A DNA stretch of 64,000 bases from Eledone cirrhosa (GCA_964016885.1 OZ024740.1:403930001-403994000); one strand, 5' to 3'; counted from the first letter of the stretch, positions 13,995-27,414 are shown. Program-made: numbers and translations. Notes: a model not told the origin generated them from the sequence alone.

Positions 13995-14480
13995 TTTTGT
14001 ATGATCTTAGCCATATGGGCCACTGTTTCAAATTGTTATGTATTTAAACTCTGTTCTCTCCTTCTTTTCATTTCTCACTTTCTCTACTCCTTCCATGTTG
14101 TGTCTGTCTACATAAAACTCACGTCTCTTTCACCTTCTCTTTCTCATTTTTTTTCTGTGCATACATTCTCTTCTCGGTTAATATGTCGAGTTCTGTTCCT
14201 AACTCTTGTTTCCAGTTGCAGCACATTGGTTTGTAGTAAATTATATTTTCTTTGTAAATAGTCGAAAGATCAAACATCCTGTCATGGGTCTATCTGTTAC
14301 TGTCCCATCTACACTGGACCTAATGATATTGATGTTGAAGCACCGAAACCAGGAGGTCGCTCACAGGTCGACTGAAGAGAAAGAGCTGCCCAGTGTTTCG
14401 TCCGTTTTTCCGTTGTCTTCGTCTACCTTTTATATTGATTTTGTATGATCTTAGCCACGCAGCACACTTTTTCAAATTGA
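13995..14480 (+). repeat. Direct-repeat-bounded element with degenerate hammerhead-like motif (Penelope pLTR-like)
   Basis: TTTTGTATGATCTTAGCCA...TCAAATTG at about 13995-14035 and 14439-14479; between them CTAATGA...GAAACCAGGAGGTC at about 14320-14358. Confidence 0.5.
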
Positions 14481-14722
14481 TATATATACTATATATCATG
14501 TATATATATATTTTTTTAACCTGTTAGTTTTTTCGTTGCTCTGGTATTGTGTGTTAGGTTTTGCCTACCACAATGTTCAATTTGTCAAGCTATTTAAACG
14601 TATGTTGTTACTCTAAGGACCTACCCTTATTGAGTGCTTTGCTAACTCATTCATATTGTAGGTCGACTTTGCTTGCCCACAGCCAAAGCTTCGATTTTAC
14701 TAAGCTTCCACATGTATATACA

Positions 14723-14789
<67 letters not shown>

Positions 14790-15060
14790 GTGTGTGTGTG
14801 TTTGTGTGTCTGTATTGAATGACTGCAGTAGGAAAACAAATTAGAGTAGTACTCGATGCATAGGGGGCGGGGTGCAAAGTAGGTATATTAATGTGTAATG
14901 TGGTACATTATGCATATATATATATATATATATATATATGCGAGAGTGTATATGTATATATACATATATTCAGCACACGCACACACACACATATGTGTGG
15001 GTGGGTCGGTGTGTGTGTGTGAATGTGTGAATGTGTGTGTGTGTGAATGTGTGTGTGTGG

Positions 15061-15139
<79 letters not shown>

Positions 15140-16015
15140 CGTGCGTGTGTGTGCGCGCGCGCGCGCTGAATATCTATGTTTGTATGTAAATATTTACATA
15201 TGTGTATATTTGCGTGTCTGTCTGTGTTTATGTGTATGTTTATGTCTGTTTCATTGTATGTATCCTTGCATGACCACATTCTAATGACAGAAAGTTGAAA
15301 GAGAAAAAATATAAGAAAGCTGATACTACCACAGCAATTTTTCTATTAAAGCCAAAGACAAACGCCTCAGGCCTCGCGTATTTGTAATATATCGTTATGT
15401 AATTTATGATATATATTTATTCATACTTCATGCTTCATATTTTACCTTAGATAATATCACTTATGGTGTATTTAATTTTGTGAAAAACCTTGTACTTTCT
15501 GAGCTGCCCCATTTAGCAAGCTTCACTGATTTTTACCTCATATCTCTCAAGCCTCCCTTTTATATATATTATTTTTTCCTACCTCTCCACTCGTCTGTTT
15601 ATATAATAAATATTCATATAAATAGTTTATATACTCATACACACATACTGATACATATATAAATAGTTTATATACTCATACACACATACTGAGACATATA
15701 TAATTGTTTCTACTTTGGGCGCAAGGTCAGCAATTATCCCAGTGTATTACTGGTACTTATAATGATAATTGCGAAGGCCGTACGTAGATATTCATGATTC
15801 CTTTATTCATAATCAGCCGTGACGTTTATAATTACTTGATGTTATGATCATGCAACCAACAACACGCCATCATCAGAGGGCATCTTAGATAATAAGGTTG
15901 TTATGTAATATTGTTGATGCAATAGACAACGCTGTGGACAAAGGGACGGAAGAATTTGATGTTTCCCTTATCGTAGCCCACCCCCTTATATATACATATG
16001 AAGGCTGCACCTTAA

Positions 16016-16236
16016 CCCTTTAGCATTAACATTACTCTATATTTACTATTATATTTTCATGGTAAAGTCTTTATCTCACATAATTATCTCACATAATATC
16101 GAATTTATGAGATTTTGATATTATTTATTTTGAGAACAATACCTTAACAACAATATGAGCAGCCGTTTACAGCCGGTTTGAACAGAAAGGGGTGAGAGAA
16201 TTCTGGCCGGATACGGCTGTTTTAAATGCTAAAGGG
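16016..16236. mobile_element. piggyBac-type MITE
   Basis: TIRs CCCTTTAGCATT / AATGCTAAAGGG, TTAA on both sides (16012-16015, 16237-16240). Confidence 0.85.
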
Positions 16237-16639
16237 TTAATTTCGAAATTTGCCATCACTTGATAATCTTATCACACATAGGTGACATGAATATGACATT
16301 TAAGCCCTACCAAGGACTTACATTCCTTTCTGCATATGCTGCAGCAGAAAAGAACAAATAGCCATTTTTCGACTACGGCCAGCCATGTTCATGCAGCACA
16401 TATGAAAGAGGATTACACAAAGTGATTTCTGTCCTTGAAGCTTTTTTGGGTGTAGAAAGGCAAAGCACTGGACCAATCTCAATATCTGAACAACAACGGT
16501 AGATATTCAAAAAGACAAACAGGTTAACATCGTTGTCTGCCATCGAGTCTCCTAGAAGGATATCCAAACCGAATATTTTCACATGTTCCCGTGTTAATAT
16601 ACATGTGCAGTAAGTAAGGTACTCAATACATTAGTAGAG

Positions 16640-16708
<69 letters not shown>

Positions 16709-16717
16709 ACACACACA

Positions 16718-16793
<76 letters not shown>

Positions 16794-16847
16794 GAAATAC
16801 TTCTTTCTTTGAGCTAATTAATTGTAAAAGACTGTTTGAGTTTATAA

Positions 16848-16932
<85 letters not shown>

Positions 16933-16943
16933 CAACAGATTAA

Positions 16944-16994
16944 AGTTTAAACAAAGAATCGCTGCTTTCACCCTTAACGGGATCTTCTGAAACT
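16944..16994 (-). ncRNA. Hammerhead-like ribozyme fold, variant core CAGAAGA
   Basis: AGTTT-CAGAAGA-TCCC gttaa GGGT-GAAA-GCA gcgattctt TGT-TT-AAACT; second copy at 49654-49704 (+). Confidence 0.55.
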
Positions 16995-17054
16995 AAAAGT
17001 ATATCTATCCTTATCGAGCCCTCTTTGGATTTTAGTCTTCAAATTTATTATTAT

Positions 17055-17094
<40 letters not shown>

Positions 17095-17124
17095 CACGTG
17101 TCACATACACACACACGCACACAC

Positions 17125-17188
<64 letters not shown>

Positions 17189-17454
17189 CCTCTCCCACAA
17201 TAAGCTTAAAGAATAAATCCGAGCATTTAATCGTTACAAAATAGTGAATGACATATATACATAAGATATCTAATGACATAAATGTACAATAGGACATATC
17301 AAACTTTAACAAGAGACAATCTCTCTAGAATGTGAGAATACATAGTTCGTTACAGTATCATATTAAAATTTAATAAAAATTTAAAATATAGATACTTGAT
17401 AAAAATCATATATATTTCCCTCATATGTATCCTTCATATATATATATATCGGAT

Positions 17455-18130
17455 CCGGCAGGCGACGCCGCCGCTCACGCCACGCAACATGGTTCAACCC
17501 TCCCCACAATGCTGAGGTTGCAACACCAATTGGGAAGATCTTCTTCAGACTTCTCGATAAACACTTCCCACCCCAACACCGCTACCACAATATCATTAAC
17601 AGAAACACTGTTAAACTTTCCTACAGCACTACACCCAACTTTGCACAAAACATCGCTTCATCTAACAACAAAAACTCCTCTCTAACAGAAGAAATAACAA
17701 TGATATTAGTGGCGAGCAAACTAGGTGTAACTGTCTGGATAGATCATCGTGCCCCCTCAACAATAGATGCCGAGAATGAAACATGGTCTAGCAGTCCAAC
17801 GTGAGGACAGAAAACTCCAACAAGGCCTACATTGGATTAACCGCCTGCGATTTTAAGACCCGATATTACCAACACCAATATACATTTAGAAACCCGGCCC
17901 ATCGACACGCGACAGCACTTTCTGTCCATATTTGGGACCTCCAAGACAACAATATTACCTACCATCTAAGTTGGAGCATACTTTCGAAAGGCAAAATCTT
18001 ACACGGGAGGACGCTGTCCGTGCAATTTATGCTCGGAGGAAACGATCCAGAGGCTGTTTGCAAAGGACCAGCTCTTAAACAAAAAGGATAAACTTGTTAC
18101 TTCGTGTAAACACAGAATACATAGGACATA
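17455..18130 (+). mobile_element. Penelope-like retroelement fragment (GIY-YIG), degenerate
   Basis: Translates WFNPPHN...INRNTVKLSYSTT, CNC...CP, AYIGLTACDFKTRYYQH, ATALSVHIW, LLNKKDKLVTSCKHR with stops and frameshifts; same type as 1200-2519; begins right after a TA run. Confidence 0.85.
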
Positions 18131-19048
18131 TCTTATCTTCAAAACCCCTCACAACCCAGGTGGGTGGACCTCGGCTGTATCTCTTTCTTATTTACAAATT
18201 AAGATAGAAGAAACTCCAAGCATACTTAGGTAGAAATATGATTTTTTTTTTCATTAGTTACACACTCTAATTACATTTAGGTATATCTTTGCATATCTAC
18301 ACTTATAATCAGTTTCTATTCTTCCTTAGGTTAACCCGGCAAATTTTCACTCTTGTTAAATATAATATACATAGAACCAGCCAAACACATAGCCATGGTT
18401 TTTTGGGGGATGTATTATTATAAAAGAAAATACTAGTTAATTACTGTATTGAGGTGTCGTTCCGATGCTTTAGAGTAACTGATAACTAAATTTGATTTAT
18501 TAGGAATTTAATTAGTATCAATATCTATATGCTTTGCTCTAGCTAAGTGCTAAACTTGGCATAGTTAATTTCACTCTAACAACCTTCCTTAATTCTCATA
18601 TGCTGGATTTACTTTCTTACCCCATTAGAGATAGTTGTAAAGATTTTCTCTCTTAACGCCTGACCCGCTTGGTACCCACAGGTCGGAATGTCATCCCCCC
18701 CCCCCACACACACACACACACTTTGCTCTACAAGCCAGTTCAGCCATCCCACCGTTATAAGGGAACTTAACCATGTACATGACATCCCCAAATATTTATT
18801 ACTCCAAGATAAACTTACAAGTGAAATCATAAACTCGTCATCTACGTAAACCTCTTGTTGAGTCAAGCAACGCCGTACGCTAAAACTATCCATAATAAGA
18901 AGTATTCGCAACCTCTAATTGGATTACCTATAACGATATTTTGTTATCCTTTATATATATATATATGTGTGTATACATACATACATCTATGATATTCATA
19001 TGCATATATACACATATATACATACTTAGACACATGCACACACGCACG

Positions 19049-19136
<88 letters not shown>

Positions 19137-19164
19137 ATGTGTGTGTGTGTGTATATCTATACAT

Positions 19165-19770
19165 ATGGTGGCTGCCAACTCGTTTTCGAGTACGGCCACT
19201 ACTTTATATCCATGTAGGAGAACTCCTACCGATGCGCTGAACGAGTGTGACTTTTTAGTCCAGCCAGCGACTTGAAAACTCTGGTACAAACACTACACTT
19301 GTGACAATTATTGACGCATAGTGCTGGGTTCATGGTACCATGTGACGACAAGTGCAGAGAGATCTCCAGATATAAAGCAATGCCTGTGCCGTGAAGCTTT
19401 TATAGTGAGCAAAGGCACTGCACAAAGCCAGTCCCACTCTCTTAACCAAGATGATATTTACCAAAAAGAAGAACAAGTCAACATCATTGGATATCATCAG
19501 AGTTGCAGGTGTTATATCAGAGTTTTCCTTCTCCTAGAATTCTTCCTTGACAAAGGCTAAGGGGTCATCTCTCCCGGTGATTTTGGATGGCCATTGACTC
19601 TTAAGAGCTCCTTTGGCCTTTGACAGGTTTTGTTTTTAGTCCTGCAGGATGTCCAAAGTCACCCTCCTCACCAAGAAACCTTGGTGGGGTTGCCAGTTTA
19701 GTCGCCAACGACCCGACCATGAGACAGGTTGTACTGGGATACATGTTACCAGTAGCACCAACTGGTGACC
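19165..19770 (-). mobile_element. Short RTE-type non-LTR relic (probable 5' UTR joined to 3' end)
   Basis: Minus strand encodes HKCSVCTRVFKSLAGLKSH (C2H2 finger typical of RTE C-termini); tail GCCGTACTCGAAAACGAG..GCAGCCA recurs at about 25658-25690. Confidence 0.55.
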
Positions 19771-19819
19771 TGACATATATGTATATATACATATGTAAAT
19801 ATGTATATAAAGAGTAAAG

Positions 19820-20140
19820 ACCACCTTTAGTCATGAATGACCATGGGATTTGCACCTAGAAAGTTCTCTCTCTGAGGAACAAGTCCAGGCAAGGTTGTTT
19901 GTAGAAAACCAGCAACTGTCCTTGCATATCAGTCCCTCTTCTCCAAGCTACCGATGTTGCCCAAGGGAAAGGCAAAGGCAAATAGAGCTGGGCACCAATG
20001 TTGCAACTTATTTCTATAGCTGAATAAACTGAAATAAAGTGTCTTGCTTAATGACACAACACACCGTTCATCCAGGAATTGAACTCATAATCTTACCATT
20101 GTAAGCCCAACACACTAACCACTATTCCACCTGCCTTCAC
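19820..20140 (-). mobile_element. tRNA-derived SINE family B (Meta-domain-like core)
   Basis: Head GAAGGCAGGTGG..AGTGGTTAG, B box GAGTTCAATTCC, core AAGCAAGACACTTTATTT; homologous to 27795-28130 and 54015-54298. Confidence 0.8.
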
Positions 20141-20304
20141 ACACATATACACAAACTCTCTCTTTCACACACACACACACACACATATATACATATATAT
20201 GTGTGTATGTGTGTGTGTGTGTGTGTGTGTGTTATGCAGTTCCGTAGAAAGGGTAAAGGAAAGAAGTCCTCTATGTATAGTACAGAGCTATTTAATTATA
20301 TAAT

Positions 20305-20511
20305 GGCTTCTTATATAGGCACAAGGCCAGCAATTTTGGAGGAGGGGAAAGTCGATTAAATCGACCCCAGTACGTGACTGGTACTTTATTTTATCGACCC
20401 CGTGAGGATGAAAGGCAAAGTTAACCTCGGCGGGATTTGAACTCAGATCATAAAGGGCCGTAACTCTGTGCTGCAAAGCATGGCGTGCGACTCTCTACCG
20501 ATACTGCCAAT
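20305..20511 (-). mobile_element. Family A SINE inserted into a hammerhead-bearing element
   Basis: Full core and tail; the flanks 20232-20304 and 20512-20590 match the uninterrupted element at 37628-37790. Confidence 0.88.
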
Positions 20512-20512
20512 T

Positions 20513-20584
20513 ATTCCATCACCTAAGGTTTCATGAAATTAGACGATTCTAACAGAAACGTCTAGTTCGCTCATCAGATGAAAT
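20513..20584 (-). ncRNA. Type I hammerhead-like fold; G at the cleavage position, probably inactive
   Basis: ATTTCAT-CTGATGA-[TAGACG..CGTCTA stem II]-GAAA-CC tta GG-TG-ATGGAAT; the related copy at 37628-37710 has TA at the cleavage site but an altered core. Confidence 0.6.
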
Positions 20585-20683
20585 ATTTATGTTAGGGATA
20601 TAAGATCTGAAATTAAAATCTATTTTAAAATGAAAGTGAGGTTGAATTAAAATAATGGAAAAAATACAAGTACACACAGAATC

Positions 20684-20721
<38 letters not shown>

Positions 20722-20811
20722 GAATGTTTTGGTTGCCAAATCTGTGCAAGACATTTTAGATCATTGGCTGGGCTAAAAAGCCACATTCGATCGCAGCGCT
20801 GTTAATTGCTA

Positions 20812-20900
<89 letters not shown>

Positions 20901-20987
20901 TCTGTGTGTGTGTGTATTATTGTTGTTGTTGTCGTAATTATTATTATTGTTGTTATTATTATTATTATTGTTGTTATTGTTGTTATT

Positions 20988-23900
20988 CCTTGAATCTCAG
21001 TCATTGATGTTGGTTAACTGGAAAGTCCGTTGGAATAAATATCAAGCCACTACCTGCAGCCTCAGATATTCAGGACGTATCGGAGGGTTCTTGCTGTTCC
21101 AAGCAAGCATGCCTTTTGAAGCGTTCCAAAAAGCGTGAAGGGGCCGATTTTCTTTAACCATCCCTGGAAACTTTTGTAGATAGTCCCCAGTGCGCCTATG
21201 ACAATCGGGATCACTTTGACTTCATGGCAGTTCCAAATCCTTTTCACCTCCCACTTTAGGTCCTGGTATCGATTAATTTTCTTCCTCTCCTTCTCTTGCA
21301 CTCTCATGTCGAAAGGGCAGGCCACATCCACAATCAGACACGATCTTTTTTCTTTGTCCACAACCACCAGGTCAGGTCTATTGTGTTCCAGTTTTTTGTC
21401 CGTCCGTATCCTAAAATCCCACAGCACCTTCACCTGATTGTTCTCCATCACCGCCTCTGGCCTATGCTCATACCATTTCTCAGAATGTGGTAAATTGTTT
21501 ACTTTGCACAGGTGCCAGTGGATCACCCTGCCCATCACATCGTGTCTCCAGCCCTTATAGTGGGTCTGGGCTAGGTGTTTACACTCGGACACAATGTGAG
21601 CCACAGTCTCCTCTCTCTCTCCACAGATCCTGCACAGTGGGCTAGCCTCCTCCTTGTAAATATGGTGCTTCAACCACTTCGTTTTGAGGGCCTGCTCCTG
21701 CGCAGCCATTAGCATTCCTTCTGTAGCCTTTTTGAGGTCTCCTCTTCTCAACCAGTTCCATGTCTGTGGATCTCTAAATTCAGTTTTCTCAAAGAAGGTA
21801 CTATGAAGGGATTTTCCCTTAAGGCTGCTCTTCCTCCTTAATGTTATTTCCTCCTTGGACATCCCCTGGCCTACTGTCCCCTCCTTCAGTACAGTTCTGA
21901 GCATTGGCTCCTTACTATAGGTCACGTATTTGTATAGGTTGTTTTTCTCCATCTGAACACAGTCCTCTATACTGATAAGACCTCTTCCACCCTCAGATCT
22001 CCTTAGGTAGAGTCTATCGACATCACTCCTCTTGTGGAACATGTTGTAGATAGTCAATAGCTTCCTAGTCTTCCTATCCATTTCTTTTTGTTCAGCAACA
22101 TTCCATCTCAGAATTCCCGCACTGTACCTAATAATAGACACAGCTCGGAAATTTACTGCGCTTATGGCATTTCTGCTGTTCAGATGTGACTTCAATACGC
22201 TCCTTACTCTCCGAATGTATTCAGTTCTTAACAATTCCTTCATTTTTTTGTTCTTTATGCCATCAGCCTCCAGAACGCCCAAATACTTGTATCCTTCCCC
22301 AGAGTCAATTTCCTTTATCATCTCACCTGTTGGTATCTGGACCCCGTTACTTCTGCTCAACCTACCCCTCCTCATCACAATGACTCCACATTTACTAATA
22401 CCAAACTGCATACATATATCACTGCTGAAAATACGGACAGTGTCAACAAGCACATCCAACTCCTTCTCACTTTTCCCGAAGAGCTTAAGATCGTCCATGA
22501 AGAGGAGGTGATTGATGGTAAGCTCTCCCTTTCCCAACTTGTATCCTGCTCTCACTTTTCGCAGCATAATGGTCAAGGGCATCAGGGCAAGGACAAACAA
22601 CAGAGGGGACAGGCTATCTCCCTGGAAGATACCTCTCTTGATCTTCACGCTTCCCAAGGATACTCCAGTTGATGTCAACTCTGTCTCCCAGGACCCCATA
22701 CTCCTGTCCAGCAACTGTCTGATGTTATCTGCCACCCTGAAGATCTCCAGGCTTTTGGTGATCCAAGAATGAGGCACCATGTCAAATGCCTTTCTGTAGT
22801 CTATCCATCCCATGGCAAGATCAGTGTGTCTCCTCCTGCAATTCCCCATTACCATCTTATCAATAAGTAACTAGTCCTTTGTACCACGTGACTTCTTTCG
22901 GCATCCTTTCTGTTCGTCCGGTAACAACTTGTTTGTGTGGAGGTGATGGTAGATTTCCTCAGACACAATGCTCGTCAACAGTTTCCACATTACGGACAGA
23001 CATGTGATAGGTCTATAGTTGGTAACATCATTACCCTTGATTCGGTCTTTCATTATCAGAACTGTGGTACCTTTTGTCAACCACTCTGGCACCTCACCCG
23101 ACACCAAGCAGTCATTGAACATGGCCGTCAGCTTCGGGTGGAGGGATGTTAAATTTTTAATCCAATACCCCTGCACACCATCTGGGCCTGGTGATTTCCA
23201 GTTGGTTAGTTTTTTGGCCTGCCCCTTAAGAGTTTCAACTGTGATACTCAAATCAGTTTGTTGGTGTGCCTGCTCACCGATCTCCCTCTGTACTGTCTCA
23301 ATCCACCCTGCCTGGACATTATGTCTAACATCCTGCTCCCATATTCCTCTCCAGAATGTTTTAGTTTGCTCCGCCCCAGGATCAAGTCGTTGCCTCTTTC
23401 TTTCCCCTCAAGCTGTCCAAACAGCATCTTCTGGTTGTTGTCGAACATGCGGTTCTGTTTATACTGACTGGCTCTGTTCTCGTATCGCCTGATTTTTGCA
23501 CTCTTTGCTACAATGCGTTGCTTCAGTTCCTCTATGATAATATTTAGCTTTTTCTTCCTAGTTTTGTACTTTATTTCCAGTCTATTTTTAGTGCCTATGT
23601 TTTTTAGTGTCCCATTCAGTAGTGACTCAAGCTTTCCTATGTCACTTCTCATTTCCCCGATTTGACCACTCAGTCGTTTCTTCCACCACGGTTCTGCTCT
23701 TTCTTGTCTGTTGTTTCCTCTCGCTTTTATACCAAGTAGTTTCCTCGCCGTATTTGCTGTTGCTTTGAGGATATTGTTGCACTGGTGAAGGCTCCTCGTC
23801 TCAAGGTATGGGATGACTTTGTTTACCTTAGCTGTTGTTTCTTTTAACTTTTTCCTGTCTACAAATCTTAGGTTCATAGGTCTCCCCACTATCATTGTTC

Positions 23901-24582
23901 AATTCATCTACCACTAAATTTAGGATGTCAACCGAATCTTGTCCTAGCCCGTCAGCATTCATCTCCTCAGTGGCCGTATCTCTGTTCCAGGTATTATTTA
24001 TCTCAGTATTCAGATCATTGTCTGCTTCGGGTGGTTCCTCCGTTCTCAGGACCTCTTCACCTTCATTCCCCACTGGCTCGCTTGTCTGGCATACTACACC
24101 CGCCATCTCCAAGCCATTCTCTCTGCTCAGTTCCTCCAGTTCCAGCTCGCTTATCCACCCATTAGTTCTTATTATCCGAGCCTGCCCGGCCAATTTTTGT
24201 TCATCTAATTTAAATAGACCAATCTCGTTCCAGATGTTATGCATCCGTCTCCTGTAGCCCCTCTCCTTGGGGTTACTTTTCAGGTAACATTACATAACAG
24301 TTCTATTCAATTCTTTCGTCCAGTTGGTTCTGGCCCCTTTCCTTCTTCTTCTTCCTCCAACATCAGCAGTATTTGGTTGACAGTCAGGTTCCTGCTGCTG
24401 AGCCAGGGGGCACCTGTTGGGTGAGAGTCTGTCACATGACGTTCTAGTCTCCATTTCACCGTTATTCGAACTGTTTATGTTCGATATTTAAACACTCTTA
24501 TCGAGGATTGGCGAATGTATGGTTACATAGCCATCTGTGGATTCGCCGTTCCACTTGGCCCTTGTGTGGCATTATCACCACG
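20988..24582 (-). mobile_element. R4/Dong-clade non-LTR retrotransposon (RT, CCHC, restriction-like endonuclease), near full-length, disrupted
   Basis: KSPGPDG, YRPITCL, DYRKAFD, IFQGDSLSP, FMDD, CRICGEREETVAHIVSEC, RHD, RPDLVVVD..IVDVACP, KINRY; stop at 22871, frameshifts near 23380 and 23890; 3' end runs into (AAT/AAC)n. Confidence 0.92.
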
Positions 24583-25549
24583 CTGTATACGAACACACAT
24601 AAACAAACAAACACACAGGCAGAAAGGGCCCCAAAAATGAATAAGCATAAGTTTCATTGTAGTGTTCGAATGTCTGACTTAGTTTTTGTTTTTTTAGTTT
24701 TAGTTTTTCCCCCTCTTCTCTGTCCGTCCGCCTGCTTCTCTCTTCATTCTTATTTTCTTTACGTTTTTTGTTTTTTTTTGTTTTTGTTTTTCTCTGTTTG
24801 TTTTTCTCGTTTTTTGCTGTTGTTGCTGTGCTGCTTTGGTTTTGTTGTTTATTTTTCTTTTTTTCTTTTGAGTCTATCTATATATTTTGATGCCTTCCTC
24901 TTTTTTAGTAGTAGGAATTCTATAATGTGGTGGCAGCAGCCAGCTGGGAGAAGTGGAAGACTGGCGGCGGTAGCGATACTGAGACAGTGGTGGTGGTGAT
25001 GTCGATACCGAGGCAGCGGTGGTGGTGATGTGATAGTATTACTGTAGTGATGGTAGCAGTGAAGGAGTGAAGGAGTGGTGGCGGCGGTGATGGGATAGTG
25101 GTGGTAATGATGGCAGTAGTGAGCGGTGGTGGTGAAATTGCCGTTATCTGGCTGTTGTGTTTAGTGTACACAGGTGATGAGGTGGGTGGTGTATCTAGTT
25201 TCTGGTGTTGGTGAGTTTGGCTGTTCTATATAGTGTAGACAGAGGAGAGGAGGGGGGGGGTTCTTCTTCCATTTATAGCCATTTTCTTTTTTCGATATAC
25301 AGTGTACAATACAAAGTTGAATATTTGAATATTTGAGCCTTATAACAATATATTTTGGGTCCGAATTTTTTGGGGGATCAAGCCGGGTGCTTTACGTAGC
25401 ATTTGTACTAAGAGTTGTTATTTCACAAATGATTTAAATATGTTAAAAATTCAAAACTTACGGGAGCGATTTCATGACCTCCGCCACCTCGTGCGTCTTC
25501 TTCCCTATTATTATTATTATTATTATTATTATTCGTGCGTCTTCTTCCC

Positions 25550-25600
<51 letters not shown>

Positions 25601-25944
25601 CATCATTATTATTATTATTATGGTTTTTTTTTTTGGGGGGGGGGTTCTCGTGCAATGGCCATACTCGATAACGAGGGGGCAGCCATTATGTATGTATATT
25701 CTAAAACTCATATCTCTATTATCCTTTTCGAATAACCATGTAGCTCCACACCCTACCCACTTGTCTGAATCTGCCTCATCTGTGTAACAAATACACAACA
25801 CCCGGGGTAGTGTAACTGGGGCGAGGGGAATGTGAATCCACCCCACCCCACCTCAATAATTATCTTTTTCTCCCCAAACTACCAAAACACACATCTATTT
25901 GTATATGCGCTACAATTTATGTACATATTATAGGAGAGATAGAG

Positions 25945-26435
25945 ATAGATATAGAGAGGGGGAGAGTTTGGTGGCAATTGATATAGAGAGGGGGATTAGA
26001 AGAGAGTTCCGTGTAGTAGATATAGAGAGGGGGAGAGTTTGGTGTTAATTGATATAGAAAAGGGTATTGAAAAAGAGTTCCGTGAGGTAGATATAAAGAG
26101 GGGGAGAGTTTGGTGTTAGTTGATATAGAAAGGGGGATTGGAAGAAAGTTCCATGTAGTAGATATAGAGAGGGGGAGAGTTTGGTGTTACTTGATATAGA
26201 GAAGGGGTAGTTTGGTGTTACTTGATAGAGAGAAGGGGTAGTTTGGAGTTAATTGATATAGAGAGGGGGATTGGAAGAAAGTTCCGTGTAGTATATATAG
26301 AGATGGGGAGAGTTTGGTGTTCATTAATTTAGAGAGGGGTATTGGAAGAGTGTTTCGTGCAGTAGATATAGAGAGGGTGAGAGTTTGGTGTTAATTGATA
26401 TAGAGAGGGGGATTGGAAGAGTGTTTCGTGCAGTA
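25945..26435. repeat. Minisatellite, about 70-bp unit, about 6-7 copies
   Basis: Unit GATATAGAGAGGGGGAGAGTTTGGTGTTAATTGATATAGAGAGGGGGATTGGAAGAGAGTTCCGTGTAGTA; bracketed by direct repeats CCCCAAACTAC..ACACACATCTATTT..ATTTATGTACA (about 25872, 26456). Confidence 0.92.
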
Positions 26436-26649
26436 GTGTGTGTTTTGGTAGTTTCCCCCAAACTACAAATACACACATCTATTTAGATATCGCTAAAATT
26501 TATGTACATGTTATCTTTATCGCATATCGAAGTTTTCTGACCATTTTAGAATGGAAAAGCTAAACTAATCGCTACAACTACATTGACCAAATTTGCCAAC
26601 ACCATCCTCCGCCAATTCAGAAATGCTTCCACCGCCCGGGATCATGTAT

Positions 26650-26885
26650 ACCTTTAACAATATCTTCCTTCTTCTGATTACCGAATGCTGAAGCTGGTGC
26701 ATTACTGCTTCAACTCCTGCAATTTGTGTACTGCATTCAGCCTCCTGTCTTTCATAACTTGTGAACACGGCCTCGTGATACTTGAACCTCTCCACAGGCT
26801 TCTGTGGAACTTCACGCCCATGTAGAGTGCACTGTGAAGACTTCCTTGAGAGGACGAGGGTCTCAGTCTTCACAACAATGATTTT
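26650..26885 (-). mobile_element. RTE-like LINE fragment
   Basis: KTETLVLSR...VERFKY..AVFTS..RQEAE resembles RTE RT domains 6-7. Confidence 0.6.
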
Positions 26886-27360
26886 CAGCACATAAAAGCA
26901 ATGAAATTGGTTGAATAAAGGATTCAATATATTTGCATGTTTATTTTTATATATTAATTCTATTAATAATAAATTCAAAGTTTCTTGTACAAACTGTGAG
27001 TTGCAGGTTAGCTACAGATCTTAGGTATTTATCTATAATATAAGTGGGAGAAAAGTATTTGTTAGAAATTAGAAAGCTGATGAGTGCTAGTGGTTAGTAT
27101 ATTATTTGAACTTAAGTGTTTTCGTATACAGAGGAACAGGGATATAATTAATGCTAAAGATGGAGATATGTAGTTACAGATGTGGGCTCATAGATACGAA
27201 GGCCGTATCTAGAAATGTGCAATAAATCAAATATTAATAGGGTTTAAAGCAATGCATACCGCTCAGAGGTATCAACCTTATTTTTATAAATATGAAAACG
27301 ACGAAACGACGAACACATATACCCACATTCATACATGCAGACTCCTCACACAACAATCTT

Positions 27361-27414
<54 letters not shown>

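Noticed and set aside
17776-17791. In-frame TGA as selenocysteine in a Penelope ORF
   Set aside because: The TGA is not at a conserved Cys, a TAG follows four codons later, and the copy is frameshifted: ordinary decay.
25945-26435. CRISPR-like array
   Set aside because: Units are contiguous tandem copies with no unique spacers; eukaryotic context and no cas genes.
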